In this document: piece after piece, positions 12,701 through 26,318 of the stretch | Layout: each line of letters starts with the position of its first letter | How positions within the stretch are numbered: the first letter of the stretch is position 1 | From: Diadema antillarum | Taxonomy: Eukaryota | Assembly (NCBI RefSeq): GCF_040938485.1 | Contig: NW_027271660.1 | Span: 1,302,001 to 1,366,000, forward strand | Length of the DNA stretch: 64,000 nucleotides | Direction: 5' to 3' | The notes under the pieces: model-generated | What the model was told of the DNA's origin: nothing | Database searches by the model: none | Seen by the model: the letters and a program-made list of their open reading frames with translations, nothing else | Made by a program: the position numbers and the translations under genes

Positions 12701-15700
12701 TAGTGTGTGTTTGTGTGCACTTACCCACGGTGGAAAACGAGGACATACACATGAACTTTACATTTAAACCAAGGACACACAGCGAACCGAGGACGTCCTC
12801 GGTTCGCAGACCATTCCTGCTTTTGCATATTTACAAAGGTGTAGGGGTACATGTTTGTAGGTCCTCGATTAACATTACTTTAATACTGTACACCTGTAAG
12901 TCCTTGGTTGACAAGATTCCTCCTGTTCCTACACACAGGTCCTTGGTTATGTGGTAAAATTCTTGTGGGTAGAACAGGTCCTCGGTTTCCATTATAGACG
13001 CATATCATGTGTGTGTGTGTGTGTGTGTGTATGTGCACTGCATGTTTGTGTGTAGTAGAATTGCATAATATCCAAAGATAAGGCCATGGTGTAATGACTG
13101 GATCTGGTATCTTTATGTGGTGTCTGCATATATACAGTAACATGATGTATGTCCTTTTTTTTTTCTTCAAGAAAACAATGAAGAGTGTGACTGTGTTAAA
13201 GATTGTAAATGCAGACTAGCTTTTTGTGTCATATTGTAATGTCATTTGCCAACAGCAGTGTTTCATGAATAAACAGCAGTGACACATACATGTGCACACA
13301 GTTTGTAACTCTGTTTTGTAGTGCAGTTGCATGCTGCATTAATGTCCAGCCATAGTACAATGTAATCCCAGTGGGAGTGAAATTTGACCAAAATTACAGT
13401 CTATAGTCTAAAGTACCATAGCTGGAGGCAGTTTCTCCAGTCCTAAGGATATCCACTCAAGCGGAGTTAGGATAATGTTGTTTTCACAAATGAGGAGATC
13501 TGTTGTAGGACATTTTCGCAAAATGTTGTTTCTGCAAATTGACACCAAAGCTATCATACAAATGTAAGTGTACTACTTCCTGAGTGCATAGCAAAATATT
13601 TTGCGTGTTTTTAAATTCGCAGTCCAACTCTGATTGGCAAAATTTGCAAAGATTTAACCCTTGGAAAATAACAGCTTGTACAGCATGTGTGAAGCTTGCA
13701 TACATTGTACATTCTAGTCCGCATGCAATCAAATTAAGTTGATAATTTTGATGTACGTGTCGAATAAGTTCTTTTTTTATTAATTCTGTCCTAAGTGTAC
13801 ATGTACAGTGTAAGTCAAGGAAGCAGCCAAATTATGATTGTTGTGGCGTACAAGTTGTAGCTCTTCCTGGCACTCATTTGTACCAGGATGTTTGCAAGAT
13901 TGTACTTTTGAGAACACAAAAGAATTTGAAGTAATTTTTTTCTTTGTCAATTTCTTCTTTTTTTTTCTTTTGTCAGGTCACTGGGAGGATGGTGTTGTGT
14001 CCTACTTCCGAGTCTACAAGATCATTCAGATGCTGCGTGAGGAAAACAAACCATGTACGCCACACCTGGTCACCGCCATTGATGTCCTGTCTGATGGCAA
14101 GTCCAAAATTCGCAACCAGTCTACCTACGATTTCTGCAAATACGTCAAGTTTCAGGTAGAGGACCATGTGGACCGAACTGATGAGGAGCTTCAGCAACAG
14201 GTGGAACGTCTCATGCCTGGGTGCCTTCCCATTGGTCCAGAGTGTGAGTCTCTGGGTATTACAGGAGACATATTATTTGATGAGGAGAAATACTTCAAGG
14301 AGCCTATTCCTAGAGATCGCATCACAAACCGAGTTATGTATGAACTCAGTCAGTTCCTACCACGTGTCCTTGAGAACCAACAGAGTATGGCAAAGTGGCT
14401 GAAGAAGATTTTGCACCTGCGAGATGACCATGTTCCTTCCGTGGACTTAATCACAAAATGGTGCAGTGTTCTCCACAAAGAAACGTCTCGCAAACGACGT
14501 TCTAGCATGTCTCAAGCTCAGCAGTACTTAGAGGAAAAATTTTCCTTTACTGATTTCAAATTTGAGGATCCTCAGAAGGAAACATCTGAAAAGACAGATG
14601 CAGATGCCAATGAACCTGCACCGCAAGATGAGCAGGATCAGCCAATGCAAGTTTCAGCTGAAGGAGATTCGAGTGCTACGGCAAAGGCAGGGGATGAGCC
14701 AATGGAAGCTGATTTTTCAGGGAATGAAAATGGCAGTGCAGAAACTGTAACTGGCATTATAGCTGAAGCACTGGACATTCTGGACGAAGGAGAGTGCCAG
14801 AAGGAACAGGATGTTAGTGGAGAAAAGCTTTCTCAGACAGCTGTAGTGGACAAAGATAGTGATTTACAGGTTGGTGATATCACCAGACAGGATGGAGATA
14901 ACTCTGCTGCTGTCACCTGTGATGACTCCACACATGAGCAGAATGAGGAAGAGCTGAGTGCTACCACAAAAGACAAGTCCGGAGCAGAGCATCTTTTCCC
15001 TAAGTCTCCAAAAAGTGCAGCAAGGATGTCAACATTTGATGAATCCAAAGATTCAGGACGTGTGTCAAAAGTGAAAAGTGACAGCAAGAAAATTGCCAAA
15101 AAAGATGTGCCAAAACCAAGTTCAAAAGGAAGTAAAAAGGCAGCTCTTGGCAGAAACAGAAAGAAATCCTCAAACATTGGATGTGATGACTCGGATAATG
15201 ATGAGATTTCTGACAAAGATGAGGTCACTAGTATGACCGGCAGAAAACCTGCGAATGGTGCCCTAGATAGAGCCACCTTGCATAAAAATTTAGCTAAAGC
15301 AAACAGAATCATCAAGACAGTACTGCGTGTTGTATCAAGACTAAAAAAGGAAATGCATGTGACAATGAATTATCTTGAAACTGAAGCCAGTAAGCTGTGT
15401 GATGATCTCAAACATGAACAAGAACGCCTTGAAAAGGCAAAGAGACTCATAGATAATAGCAGTGTCAGTGAAGGAGAGGAGACAGAGGAAGAAGATGCCG
15501 ATGATAGTACGGAAAAAAATACAAGGGCAAGTGGGAATAAGCGTAGGTCCTCCAAGAACACCAAAATGATCACAGTACAAGTAAAACCAGGGGTTAAAGA
15601 TACCCTGAGGAAGTCATTAGTGAGACTTAGACCCCTTCCCTGTCAAAGAGATGGAGATGGCAGTGATATTAGTGACTTGCATGACTCAGCATCCAGCAGT

Positions 15701-18700
15701 GATAGTGACATGAAGTCAAAAATGAGCAGGGCAGAGAGAAAAGTTATGGCCCACACCAAATTAGTGAAAGAAAGCTCACCACGTAAGGGTGTAAGCAGTG
15801 CCAGGTCCAGGTCCAAACCAAAAGTTACTCGTAATCGCAATGCAGTCGAATCCTCGACATCAGCACAGTGTAGTTCAACAGCAGAGCTACAGAAACCCAC
15901 AGGATTGAAGTGTGAGAGTGGTGAAAGTCCAGGAAATGATGTGAATGATTTTGATAAAGCAAAATTGTTTTCAAGTAGAGTCTGTGTTAGCCTTACCAAG
16001 CTAAACCAGAAACAAATTGAAAAGGCAGAGAGAAGAAATGATGAAATGATAGAGGTTGAGGAGAGTGAGGATGACTCTTCCAGTCGCAAGAGCAGCAGAC
16101 AAAGAGCAGTGCAGAAGAGTAGGTCTAGAGCCAAGAGGTTAGAGAAGGCTCCAGAGAGTGATTCAGAGACTGAGCCATCTGAGGAGGAGGAGGAGGAGGA
16201 GGAGGAGGAAGACATGCCTTGGACTCCTGCAAAGTTGGCAAAATCAACCCACACAGACACAGACTCCAGTGAGGACCACAGCAAAGGAACAACAGCCAGA
16301 AAATCCTCACGCATGACTAGGATTCCCCCTGGTAAGAACAAATCTCAAAAAAATAAAGCTGGAGAGAAGGAGACCAGAAAGGCAGCTGCTTCGAAAGGTA
16401 GTAGGTCAAGGACATCCAGAAATGCTGGCCTGTATGACAAAGACGCAGAGTCTTCTGAAGAGAACTGCAGTGATGAACAGAAAAAAACAAGATCAGCTTC
16501 TTCAAAATGTGAAGGAGTATCGAAAGGTGATAGACAGCAACAGAATAAGCAGAGCAGCAGTGAACCCCCTCCCTCCAAAGAGAAGCCCAAAAAACGGTCA
16601 TTGGATGACTTTGTGAAGGCACTGAATTCACCAAAAAGAATCAAAATGGGCACTGAGAAGAAAATGCCAAGTATGAATGCAAGAAGCAGACGCTGTAAGG
16701 ACATTCAGATTGTGGAGGATAGCCCTACCAATGAAGATGACTCTGACTACGAAGACAACGAGGATGATGACTTCCTCGAGAAGGCAACCGAACAGGAACT
16801 GCAAAGGCTGAAGGAAGGGGAAATTGGTAATAGAAGCCAAGGAATGCAGAAAGAAGCTGGTATTGAAGGAACTATAGTCAATGGGGAACAAAATGCCACA
16901 GTTAAGACTACAGATGATGTAAAGACAAACAAGCCAGAGTCAAGCAATGTCTCTCAGATGGATACAGAGGTAGATGTATGTCCTCCTTTAATTGAAAATC
17001 AAGTAGATAAAAAAAGCAGTGATAGTGTACGGGAAATAGCAAGCTCTGATTCCTGTACAGAAACCAAGGTCAACAGAGGAAAGGAAGGCATGATGGGCAG
17101 TGAACAAGTTGTAAAAGCAAACTGTGCAGAATCAGGTTTTGATCCTCCCATGGAAGTTGAGGGAGCTGAAAATCCTCTTTTAAATGAAATCCAAGAAGAA
17201 GAAAGAAATATTGTAGAGGTAACATCAAAATCTAATTCTGACACAGGAAAGAACGTAAATGGAGAACAGGAAAACATGAGCAGTGTAGAAGTTGTAGACA
17301 CAAAATATTCAGAACCAAGTCCTGATCCCCAGATGGACACTGAAGTAGATACAAGCCTTCTTTCAGTTGGAAAGCAAATTGAAGAAGACAAAACAGATGC
17401 AGACACAAGAGATGGAGAAAGAAAAGATCCAGAATCAAGTCTTGATTCCCAAATAGAAATGGAGATAGATGAAAGCCTTATTTCCAATGAAAAACAAGAA
17501 TTAGTGGTCAGTAACTCCAAAGACAAAATGAAAGGGGATATGAATGATGGAAGTAATCACAGAGTAAATGGACAAATTAAGGAGGGAGAGGATGTACGTA
17601 AAATGGATGTGCTGGAAGGGGGAGATAATAATTGTGATTATCATGGATTGGAGGAGGATTCTGGGTCAATTGAGAGCAAAGGGGAAGAAGGGCAGGAGAA
17701 TGCTGAAAGTAGCTTAGGCAGGGCAAGAGGCCATTCTGAAAGTGAAGAGTCACCAGTACAACAATCTCAAAACATTTCATCACACAGGAAAGCTGAAAAC
17801 GGCACTTCACAACGCAAGAAAAAGGCGAAGAATGAGCGGGGCAAAAATAACAAAGTGTCGAAGCCGGCCTTCCCAGGAGACAGTATTATTGGAAAACAGG
17901 TGAGACACCGCAGCAGCTTGGGCCATCCAGACATCTTCAAGTGGTACAAGGGCAAAGTCCTGCGAAAGAGCACTGCCAGTGAGCTGCTCAAACTTGGCCA
18001 GGAACACATTCAACACTTGAATAACTTGGTTACCATCTTTGCTGTAAAATATGAAGAGTATACTGATGTTAGTCATGAGGCACTGGAGGTTGCTTGGCGA
18101 AAGGGTAACCTCAAGATTGTGCCATAGAAATCATGGAGGAGTAGTTTCTGTCTGGGGATCCCTTTCTTCCCATTATGTATGTACAAAGGAATTACACAAC
18201 ACTCTGGAAGATTCACCCACAGAAGATGGTAATCGCACTTTACTATTGCTGTTTAGATGTACCCCAACTCTTATTGAACTCTTTCATGCAATTGATAGAC
18301 TTTTTAGTTCACTTGAGCCACAGGTTATTGCTGTAACTAATAGTTTGTTGTCTGGCATCCAGTGTCCTGTGTCTGCCATGCATTAAACTGTTGGTGAAAT
18401 ATCATGCATATAAACTTAATACATTTTCAGCTTCTTGATAACCCATAATGGAATCATCAAACCTGGCAGGTGACATCCTTTGGATAATAGGATTTCAACG
18501 TGGGCATCAAATTGGGGACCAATTTCACACTTTCTTCATCTTGAAATCACATCATCAAATTTTCACCAAACACCATTACTATTGCTAGGGAGATGTACTA
18601 TTTGTACAAATAGGCACCATGACCCTTTGGGCACCCCAGCCCCAATGCCCTGAAATTGGCAATCCTTGAAAAATCTTCTTCTCTAGAAGTCTTACCTGAA

Positions 18701-21700
18701 CTACATGGTGCAAGTTAGCTATTGTGATTGCGAAGCATGCTCCTGCCATGCTGTGAAATTGTTTGGTTTTTTTTTCTTTTCTTCACGAGTATTCTCATTG
18801 ACCAAATTCCCGTCTTTCCCCATTTAAGGATGACTGTCATAAGCTAAACGTGTTTTTTTTTTTTTTACATTGTTGATATTTTTGAAGGACAAATTCACCT
18901 TAATACACTTGTGGATTGAGTGAATGCAGCAATATCAGTAGAACACATCAGTGAAGGCTTGAGAAAAATCAGACAATTCATTTGAAAATTATGAATTTTT
19001 ACATTTTCTGTGCACTCCCTGCTAGATGAGAAGACCACTGCATTTTATCATGTCACATGCAATAAACGATATAAGGAAAATATAAAGGGAATTCCACATG
19101 AAAGTTTTTTTGAAAAAAAAAAAAAACCAACACCTTTCCTCTACTTGTTGCTACTTGTATCTGATGTATGTTAAGGGTAGTATGATTCCCCCTTCCTTCT
19201 GAAATTCACATTCTCTATTTAATGCTAGAATAGTGAAAACACGTTGAATTTTCTTTATACATGTCGTATGCATGTAACATCACATGCTGTGGTTGTCTTC
19301 TCTTTCAGAGATGGCATTACTTCAACTTCAAAATTTTATAATTTATGAACAAATTGTCTGATTTTCTTGAACTTTCACTGATGTATTTTGCTAATATTGT
19401 CGCATTCTGTCAATCCTTATGTATAATAAAGTGAACTTTTCCTTTCATGTTACAATTACTGATAGAAAAGTTTCTACTAGACAGTTATAACATGTGTCGA
19501 GTCTAAATTTTGCATGACATTGTTGTTTGTATTATTTTGTCGCTATTTTTGTGGGTATTTTTTCAACCATTGAAGTTGAATACGTGTTAGTCTTACAAAA
19601 ATTAGATTCTGGGATTGTCATAAGTGACTGTTGTTATACTTGGGGATCTGCAAGTTGTGTCCAGAAGATAAGTTGACAGTGAACTTCATTATGTGAAAGC
19701 ATGATTTGATACAAGTACACAGTGAGGTGACTTCAAAAGGAGGTCCCATCTTTACCCGTGAGGGCTCTCGCTCAGAGTGATCCTGCTATTATGATGTCAC
19801 AAAGTATGCTTGTAGGTAGCAAAATGTTTGTGTTTGCTTCGCATGAAGAGAAAATTTAATCTTTGAACAACTTCTAGTTGCATTGCTTGTGATATACGAT
19901 TGTAGGTGTAAAATTTTAAAGCTGCAGTTCGGTCATGCACAACGGTATGAATGTGGCTGGCAACTTGGTGGTAGATGTGTATCAGTTCATTGGGTAAACA
20001 TGTCAGATTTTATGTTCAATTCTGTACTTTGTATTCATGATTAAGTGTGTCTTTGCTTTAAACAATTGAAATGCAGAAAGATTGTCATTTTGTGTCATTT
20101 TTAAGGTGTATATGAGTACAGTGTAGATATCAAGCATCGATTTGTGAAAGTGATTTATCCCTGCGTGCTATTAGATAATGGCAACTGTTGGGCATAGTAG
20201 CACTTTTATGGAATGTGTCCTAGTTATAAAGAAAGAGAAACAAAGAAAGGTTTACTGGACTACCATTCTGCACAAGTTTTAATTTGCAATGTATTAACAT
20301 TGTGTCATGAATTTCAAACATTGTCGTCAGATAGTCTGTAGAGTTAAACAGAGAAATATGTGCACAGTGGAGTAAGCAGTCATGGTCCACATATTGCACT
20401 CCAGTGCTAAATTGTAAGTTTGATCTCATTGTACATGTAGGTATAGTACTGTATGTTGTTTCCACACACACACAAAAAGAAATGCACTGTAGTCCAGCAA
20501 GTTTCAATTTTATTTTGCCTTGCAACAAACCCAAGTCCAATGAATATATTATGTACAGTTTCTTTTATGTACTAGGTAGAAATGGATGTAAGTAATTCAT
20601 GCAAATCTTTTGGGTCATTTCTCGTGCTTACACCGTGAGAGGAAATTTGTAATAGTTTTTTGCACACTACAGTAGGCCTACAATGTGAGAGGTGTTTTCT
20701 TGAAATTTTGTCCTCTTGTGAGGTACACGTGCTGAAGAAGAGTCCTGAATATACTCAGGCAGGTGTCTACTGGAAATGCGTGTTATAGCAAAAATCAGTC
20801 CGTCTTCAACGGGTTAACAAATGGTGTCCGTACGTATAATCCAAACTGTTTTCACCATTACCAATCTGAATGGACATTGGTCTTGGGTTGTGACCAATGG
20901 TGTTTTGTATAGAATGTCTTATTGTGTCTTAAAAATCATCTTGAAGTCTTACCATGAGTGAAATTGTCATAGCTCATAACTTATGATAGAAGAGACACAC
21001 ATGTATGTTATGTATAAAACAAACAGAAGAGATACTGTAAACTTCTGTATCCATTTCAATGAGAATTTGTAAAGAGAACTTATGCACCATAGTACCACGG
21101 AAGAGAGAGAGAGAGAAAGAAGCCTATCAATATTCTGATTTATGCACCATGATTTTTGTGCATGTAATGATGACAAAAATTATGCATGAGACAACCATGA
21201 AGCCTTATAGAGACAGGCCTGGCCTTCTCTTTACAACTCATGTACATGTATGCATCCACTGGATCTACATGCAGGTAAGAGAATGTCAGTACATATGTAG
21301 CTAATAAAAATGGCTTGTAAACTGCATATCGTTCAAGAGCATATCATTCCATGAACATGGACTGTCGATGAAGAAACTCACCTTTGGAATAAGAAAGTAC
21401 ATGTAGGAGTATACCAGTTATGGGAGGCGGTATTGTGCTTGTTAATTTTGTGCAAATCAGTAGTCTTGCAAAAAAAGAAAGAAAAAAAAAGACCATTGGA
21501 AAGCACAGTGTGGCAGCCAGAAAAAGAAAAAAAAAGAAAGTGGAGCATGCATGTACACTGTACTTTTTTTTTTTCAGAAGACATTATATACCTTAATAAC
21601 AAATGTGAATGATGCAGGTACACTTCAATCCAATATTGTTCACCACGGATGTAACAAAATTCTAGACTTTTAGACTTCAGTCTGTATATACTAGACATGA

Positions 21701-22243
21701 GCAGCATGCTATAGCACAGATTGCACTGGCTCTGACTTTTGTCTGTAATTGAAATGTTCCTTGAAAAATATACACGGTATGTGGTGCAATAGCTGTTCAG
21801 TGGCACAGATTACAGAAAAAACAGTCATCCTCATTGAAGTCAAATCCAAAGAAACCAGAGACTTGTGTGAATTTTGACTTACACAATAGAAATGAATTAT
21901 CCAGCCAGCATAGAATCATCTTCTGCTTCGCCAATTTTTTAGCTTGTATGAGGTCAACTTTTGTGAGGGTGAATATATTTGTCTGTATCAAGTGCATTGT
22001 ATGTTTTTAGTGTGAAAAAAAAGTAGAAGAATTAATCTGTCCTCCAAATGAGCTGAGCATTCTATTAGAGCTAATATCTTGTGCAGGCACAGAGGCTGTC
22101 TCAAAGCATAATAGTATTATGATGATAAAAAGAAAAATGACTTCCGTAGGTGATATGCCCAATCCACCCAATCAGTGGATACAATTCACCTTTGTACTCG
22201 ATACTTTTTTTAAAATATTTTAATGAGCTGTTTATAGTAGCCA

Positions 22244-22294
<51 letters not shown>

Positions 22295-23781
22295 AAAACA
22301 AGCTCTGAATTCTTAAATTTAACCATTCAATTAAAAAAATGATACACGTATGGGAGATTGTGACATGTTAACTATGTAACCAAGTGGAACCTGTGCCAAC
22401 TTTTTTTTTTATTCCTGAAGTGATTTGTTAGCTGTTACGAGAGAGAAAAAAAGTGAGTTCTCAGAGAGAGGAAGCCCTTTATGCATCAATGTAACTTGTT
22501 CAAAAAAAGTACATCATTGCTGTGACAAATAGAATTGCTGAGCTGCAGGGATTCACATTCTCTATTTTATTTTGCAAGAAATGAAACAAAACAATCTGCA
22601 CATTAATCTTGCTTCCTTATTTCTTGCCTTGAATGGGATTTAGTTGTCATAAAATCGATTTTTAGAAATGCCCAGCAAACTGAGCTACATTGTATGAGCA
22701 TCAACTCTGGTCAGTGCTAGGGGACTATCGAGTGAATCACTTTTGAAATGCATAGTACATTGTAACACACTGTTTGACTATGTAGTACTGTGTGTTGTGT
22801 TTGAACTTAGAATTGTACATATAAGAATAAGACATTCTTGTAATTTCCCTTCCAATTTATTGTTGAATATAAATTTGTATTTCTCTTTTTATGCCTCTGC
22901 CCCAATCGGTGTCAGATGCATTATTTCTGTATGTTGTAAGTATGAGAAGGGTGTGGCCAACAAAATTAATGCTGTACATTGGTGCTTAGATATTAAAAGA
23001 CAATTGTTCAGCATTGTTGAACAAACCTTTGGCATTGATCTTGTCCTTCATTGGACTAAGGTGTACATAAATTGTATTTGCTGTCATGATAAGATATTTG
23101 AAGAATGTGACAAAGATAGTGGAAATTTTTGTGTTGATTAATTCTTTTGGCTCAGCCTGTTTGGATGAATTTTGCCTGGCTTTAAAGGGGCATAGTCCCG
23201 GTAGTGTAGAGGGCGCTGTTGATGATACTGCCGATCACCATTAGCATTGATACGAAGATTACCGAAGTTGAGCTTTCATCAAGAGTAAAGTGCGTAGCTG
23301 TTACTAAGTAACGTTGCCTTCGTTGTCTTCTCTGCGCATCGCGCAGTCTATAGTAATGCCAGGGTGCGTGCATATGTGCTTGTTATTATGACATCACAAA
23401 AGAAGTTTGCTGAAGCTGTCACCCCCCTCAGCCGAATCATTAGCCGAACTGTGATCCGATCACTGACTACAGTGAATCAACTTCTTCGGACTCGGGGAAG
23501 TGGGCCAAAGCGTAAGCGCTAAAGAGTCGATAGCGTAGGTCTCTATAGGAAACTTGCACCGTGCGCCCGCGTACGCATGTAACTAAAACACCGGGACCAT
23601 GCACTTTTAAAAGCCCACACTGCAAAAATGTCCACTTTAGCAGTACTGTAATGAAAGAGAGTAAAGGAGAAAGAGTAGATATATGTATGTGAGATTGAAT
23701 TTTGGTTTTTGCTTGTAATTGAATAAGTTGATGAGAGTTGACTAATCTGTAAAGCAGAAGTGGCATGCATATGAGTTTGTA

Positions 23782-23838
<57 letters not shown>

Positions 23839-26261
23839 CCATACACATGTGATGGCATGTCTGGGCACTTGATGCCTTATAGTATGATCAAACTCCTACT
23901 GTCCTACATGTGAAATGGCCTCAGTCACCTCTTGTGTGTCAGGCTTTTAGTGATTCCAAAGTGCAAACCCAACCACATGCGGAAGTGATCCCTCCATATG
24001 CATTGTACATTATACATCATGACAACTGAAAACAACATGAACAGAAAAAAACAACAACAACTGACCAATTGGTATTTGTGTGTGTGTGTGTGAGTGTGAT
24101 TGTAATGGTAATTGTAAGCTACATGTGGCAGAGGGTCATGTAAAGAGCAAAAGCAGCATGTATTGTATCCATAGACTGCATTTTGAATGATCAGTGATTT
24201 GGGGCATTCATTCGCTTATTTCTTTCAGATCCGAGCAGCGGAGAGCCTGATTGGCTGTCCTGAGGTCATAGAAGGGTCGTTTGAGAAGGGAACAAACTAC
24301 TGGTGTTACCTTTGTTCCTGTGATGTGGAGAGACCTGCCCATGATGGCCAGGTTACACTCAAGTTGGCCAAGTTCATAGAGCACTTGTGCAGGTACATAA
24401 ACATACTGAATAGGGAGAATATACACGTAGTTATCTCTTACAACTGTACAGCTATATACCAGGGTATACAGTTTTGTACATAGGCCCACATCAACTGCTC
24501 ATGGTGCATGTATGTCTGTCTATCACATGTATACACAGGCATACATGTACCATGAGCAGTTAGTGGTCTCTCCCCCCCCCCCCCCCCCCCCCTTGCATCA
24601 ACTGCACATTAGTTCGCTATTAATTTGGCACCGACTTTCCCCTATATTTTTTAATGACTGTCGGATCTTTCAGTCAAAAGCTGTCATTTGCTCTCATTAA
24701 TCTTTCATTTCCTGTCTATAAATCTTTGTGTCTCCTACATCTCTTTCTCTTCCTTTTCTCTGTGAGATATATTGTCTGCCCTTTTCTTTCAGCTTTGTGA
24801 TCAATCTTGATCTACCCCTCAACCATTACATGCTTGTGTGTTATCGTTTCTCTCGGGAATCTCTTCGTTTTTTGTTGTGTTTTTAATCCACCAATTAGGC
24901 ATGGAATTATAGTTTTTAAAATGCTACTACACATTTTTAACAAAGTGTCATGTAAATTTACAAGTTTTGTGTTTTTACTGATTTCAGTTTGCTGTTTGTT
25001 ATAAGAGAACATCATGATAAGTACTTCTTGGGCAAATATGTTTGTGAATATTCCTCACTGTAAAAATAATAGGAAAGAAAAACAAACATACAAAATAACA
25101 CAAGAAATTGTACCCCATCACTTGATGTTTTTCTAACACACCTTCACACAGTGAGTCCCACAGTCTGGCTGCTCCAAAGTTCTACCGACTTCATCATGTT
25201 GAACCAGGCATGGTCAAGCAGCGACTGGTCTTTTCTCTTGAGGACTATGAGAGATTCAAGACCAAATTAGTCCAGGCCCTAGACCAATATGAAGACAAAA
25301 CATATGCCAAGCTTCAAGAGGTACAGAAACTCGCCTTACTGGAATTTCTCAAGCTGTACTATATTAGTTATCCTTGCAGGTATTACCGGTACATTTTCTT
25401 TTCCTATGTTACGCCTCGATATCATTCACACAATGATGTTAAATGACTTCATGTTCTGACACAAACCCTCCTCAAACTTCTTAAGAACTCTTTCATAACA
25501 AACACTATTAGTTGTATGATAGTAGCACAGTTGCACTTCAAGCCACTTTGGATATTGAACCTGTAAAATTGCAAAAAAAAAAAGGAAAAAAATAATAATA
25601 GTAAATGAAAAAAAAAAAATAAATAAATTGTATTGTAAATTAGGCCCTGCACCAAATCAACCAGCTTTAGAAGAAGCAATGCGGTTCAATGTCACCTTCT
25701 TTAATTAGTTTATTGCTCTTGTATATTGGTTTGTATTTGAATAAGTGTCTAAAGTATGCCTCTCAGGAAATCAAGGTTTTTTCAGGATTGGTTTTGGTTT
25801 CTTCCCTGCAGGAAGAGTTGAGAGCAGATACAAGTCTGCATAAACAAACAGGTAAAGCTGAACAAATAATAAGAATCAATGAAGAAGCATGAATTTATTG
25901 CTTTCGTAATGTTATAATTCACCATTGCAAGTCAGAACAGAAGGTTTATGTATTCTTGTTCTAAATGATGATGACTGCAGAGTGCGGCAAAGATTCGTAA
26001 AGTTGAAGCAGAGCGGCAAGCAGTTGTGGACAACCGTGAGGCATTCCCTGGCAGCCAAGGATGTAGAGTAGACACACATGTGGGCACAGCTTCTGTGGAA
26101 CATGGAGAGGGCAGTGACAAGTTTACATTGGGCAGGTGCAGTAAAAAGTCCTCTTGTACACCTTTCTTTTTCCTTTTTTTCTTTTTTTGCAATGACATGG
26201 AATAATTTATACCAGTTTTCAGTCACAGGGTATAAATTCCAGGTCAGTACATGTTATATAC

Positions 26262-26318
<57 letters not shown>

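Noticed and set aside
14833-18076. Long minus-strand ORFs (160, 232, 119, 175 aa etc.) rich in S/L/F
   Set aside because: They are antisense shadows of the E/K/S/D-rich nested ORF and have no independent coding signature.
25812-25851. Possible extra CENATAC exon CAG|GAAGAG...ACAG|GTAAAG
   Set aside because: It is 40 nt long and would break the frame between exons 3 and 4, which already join in phase and align with the human protein.
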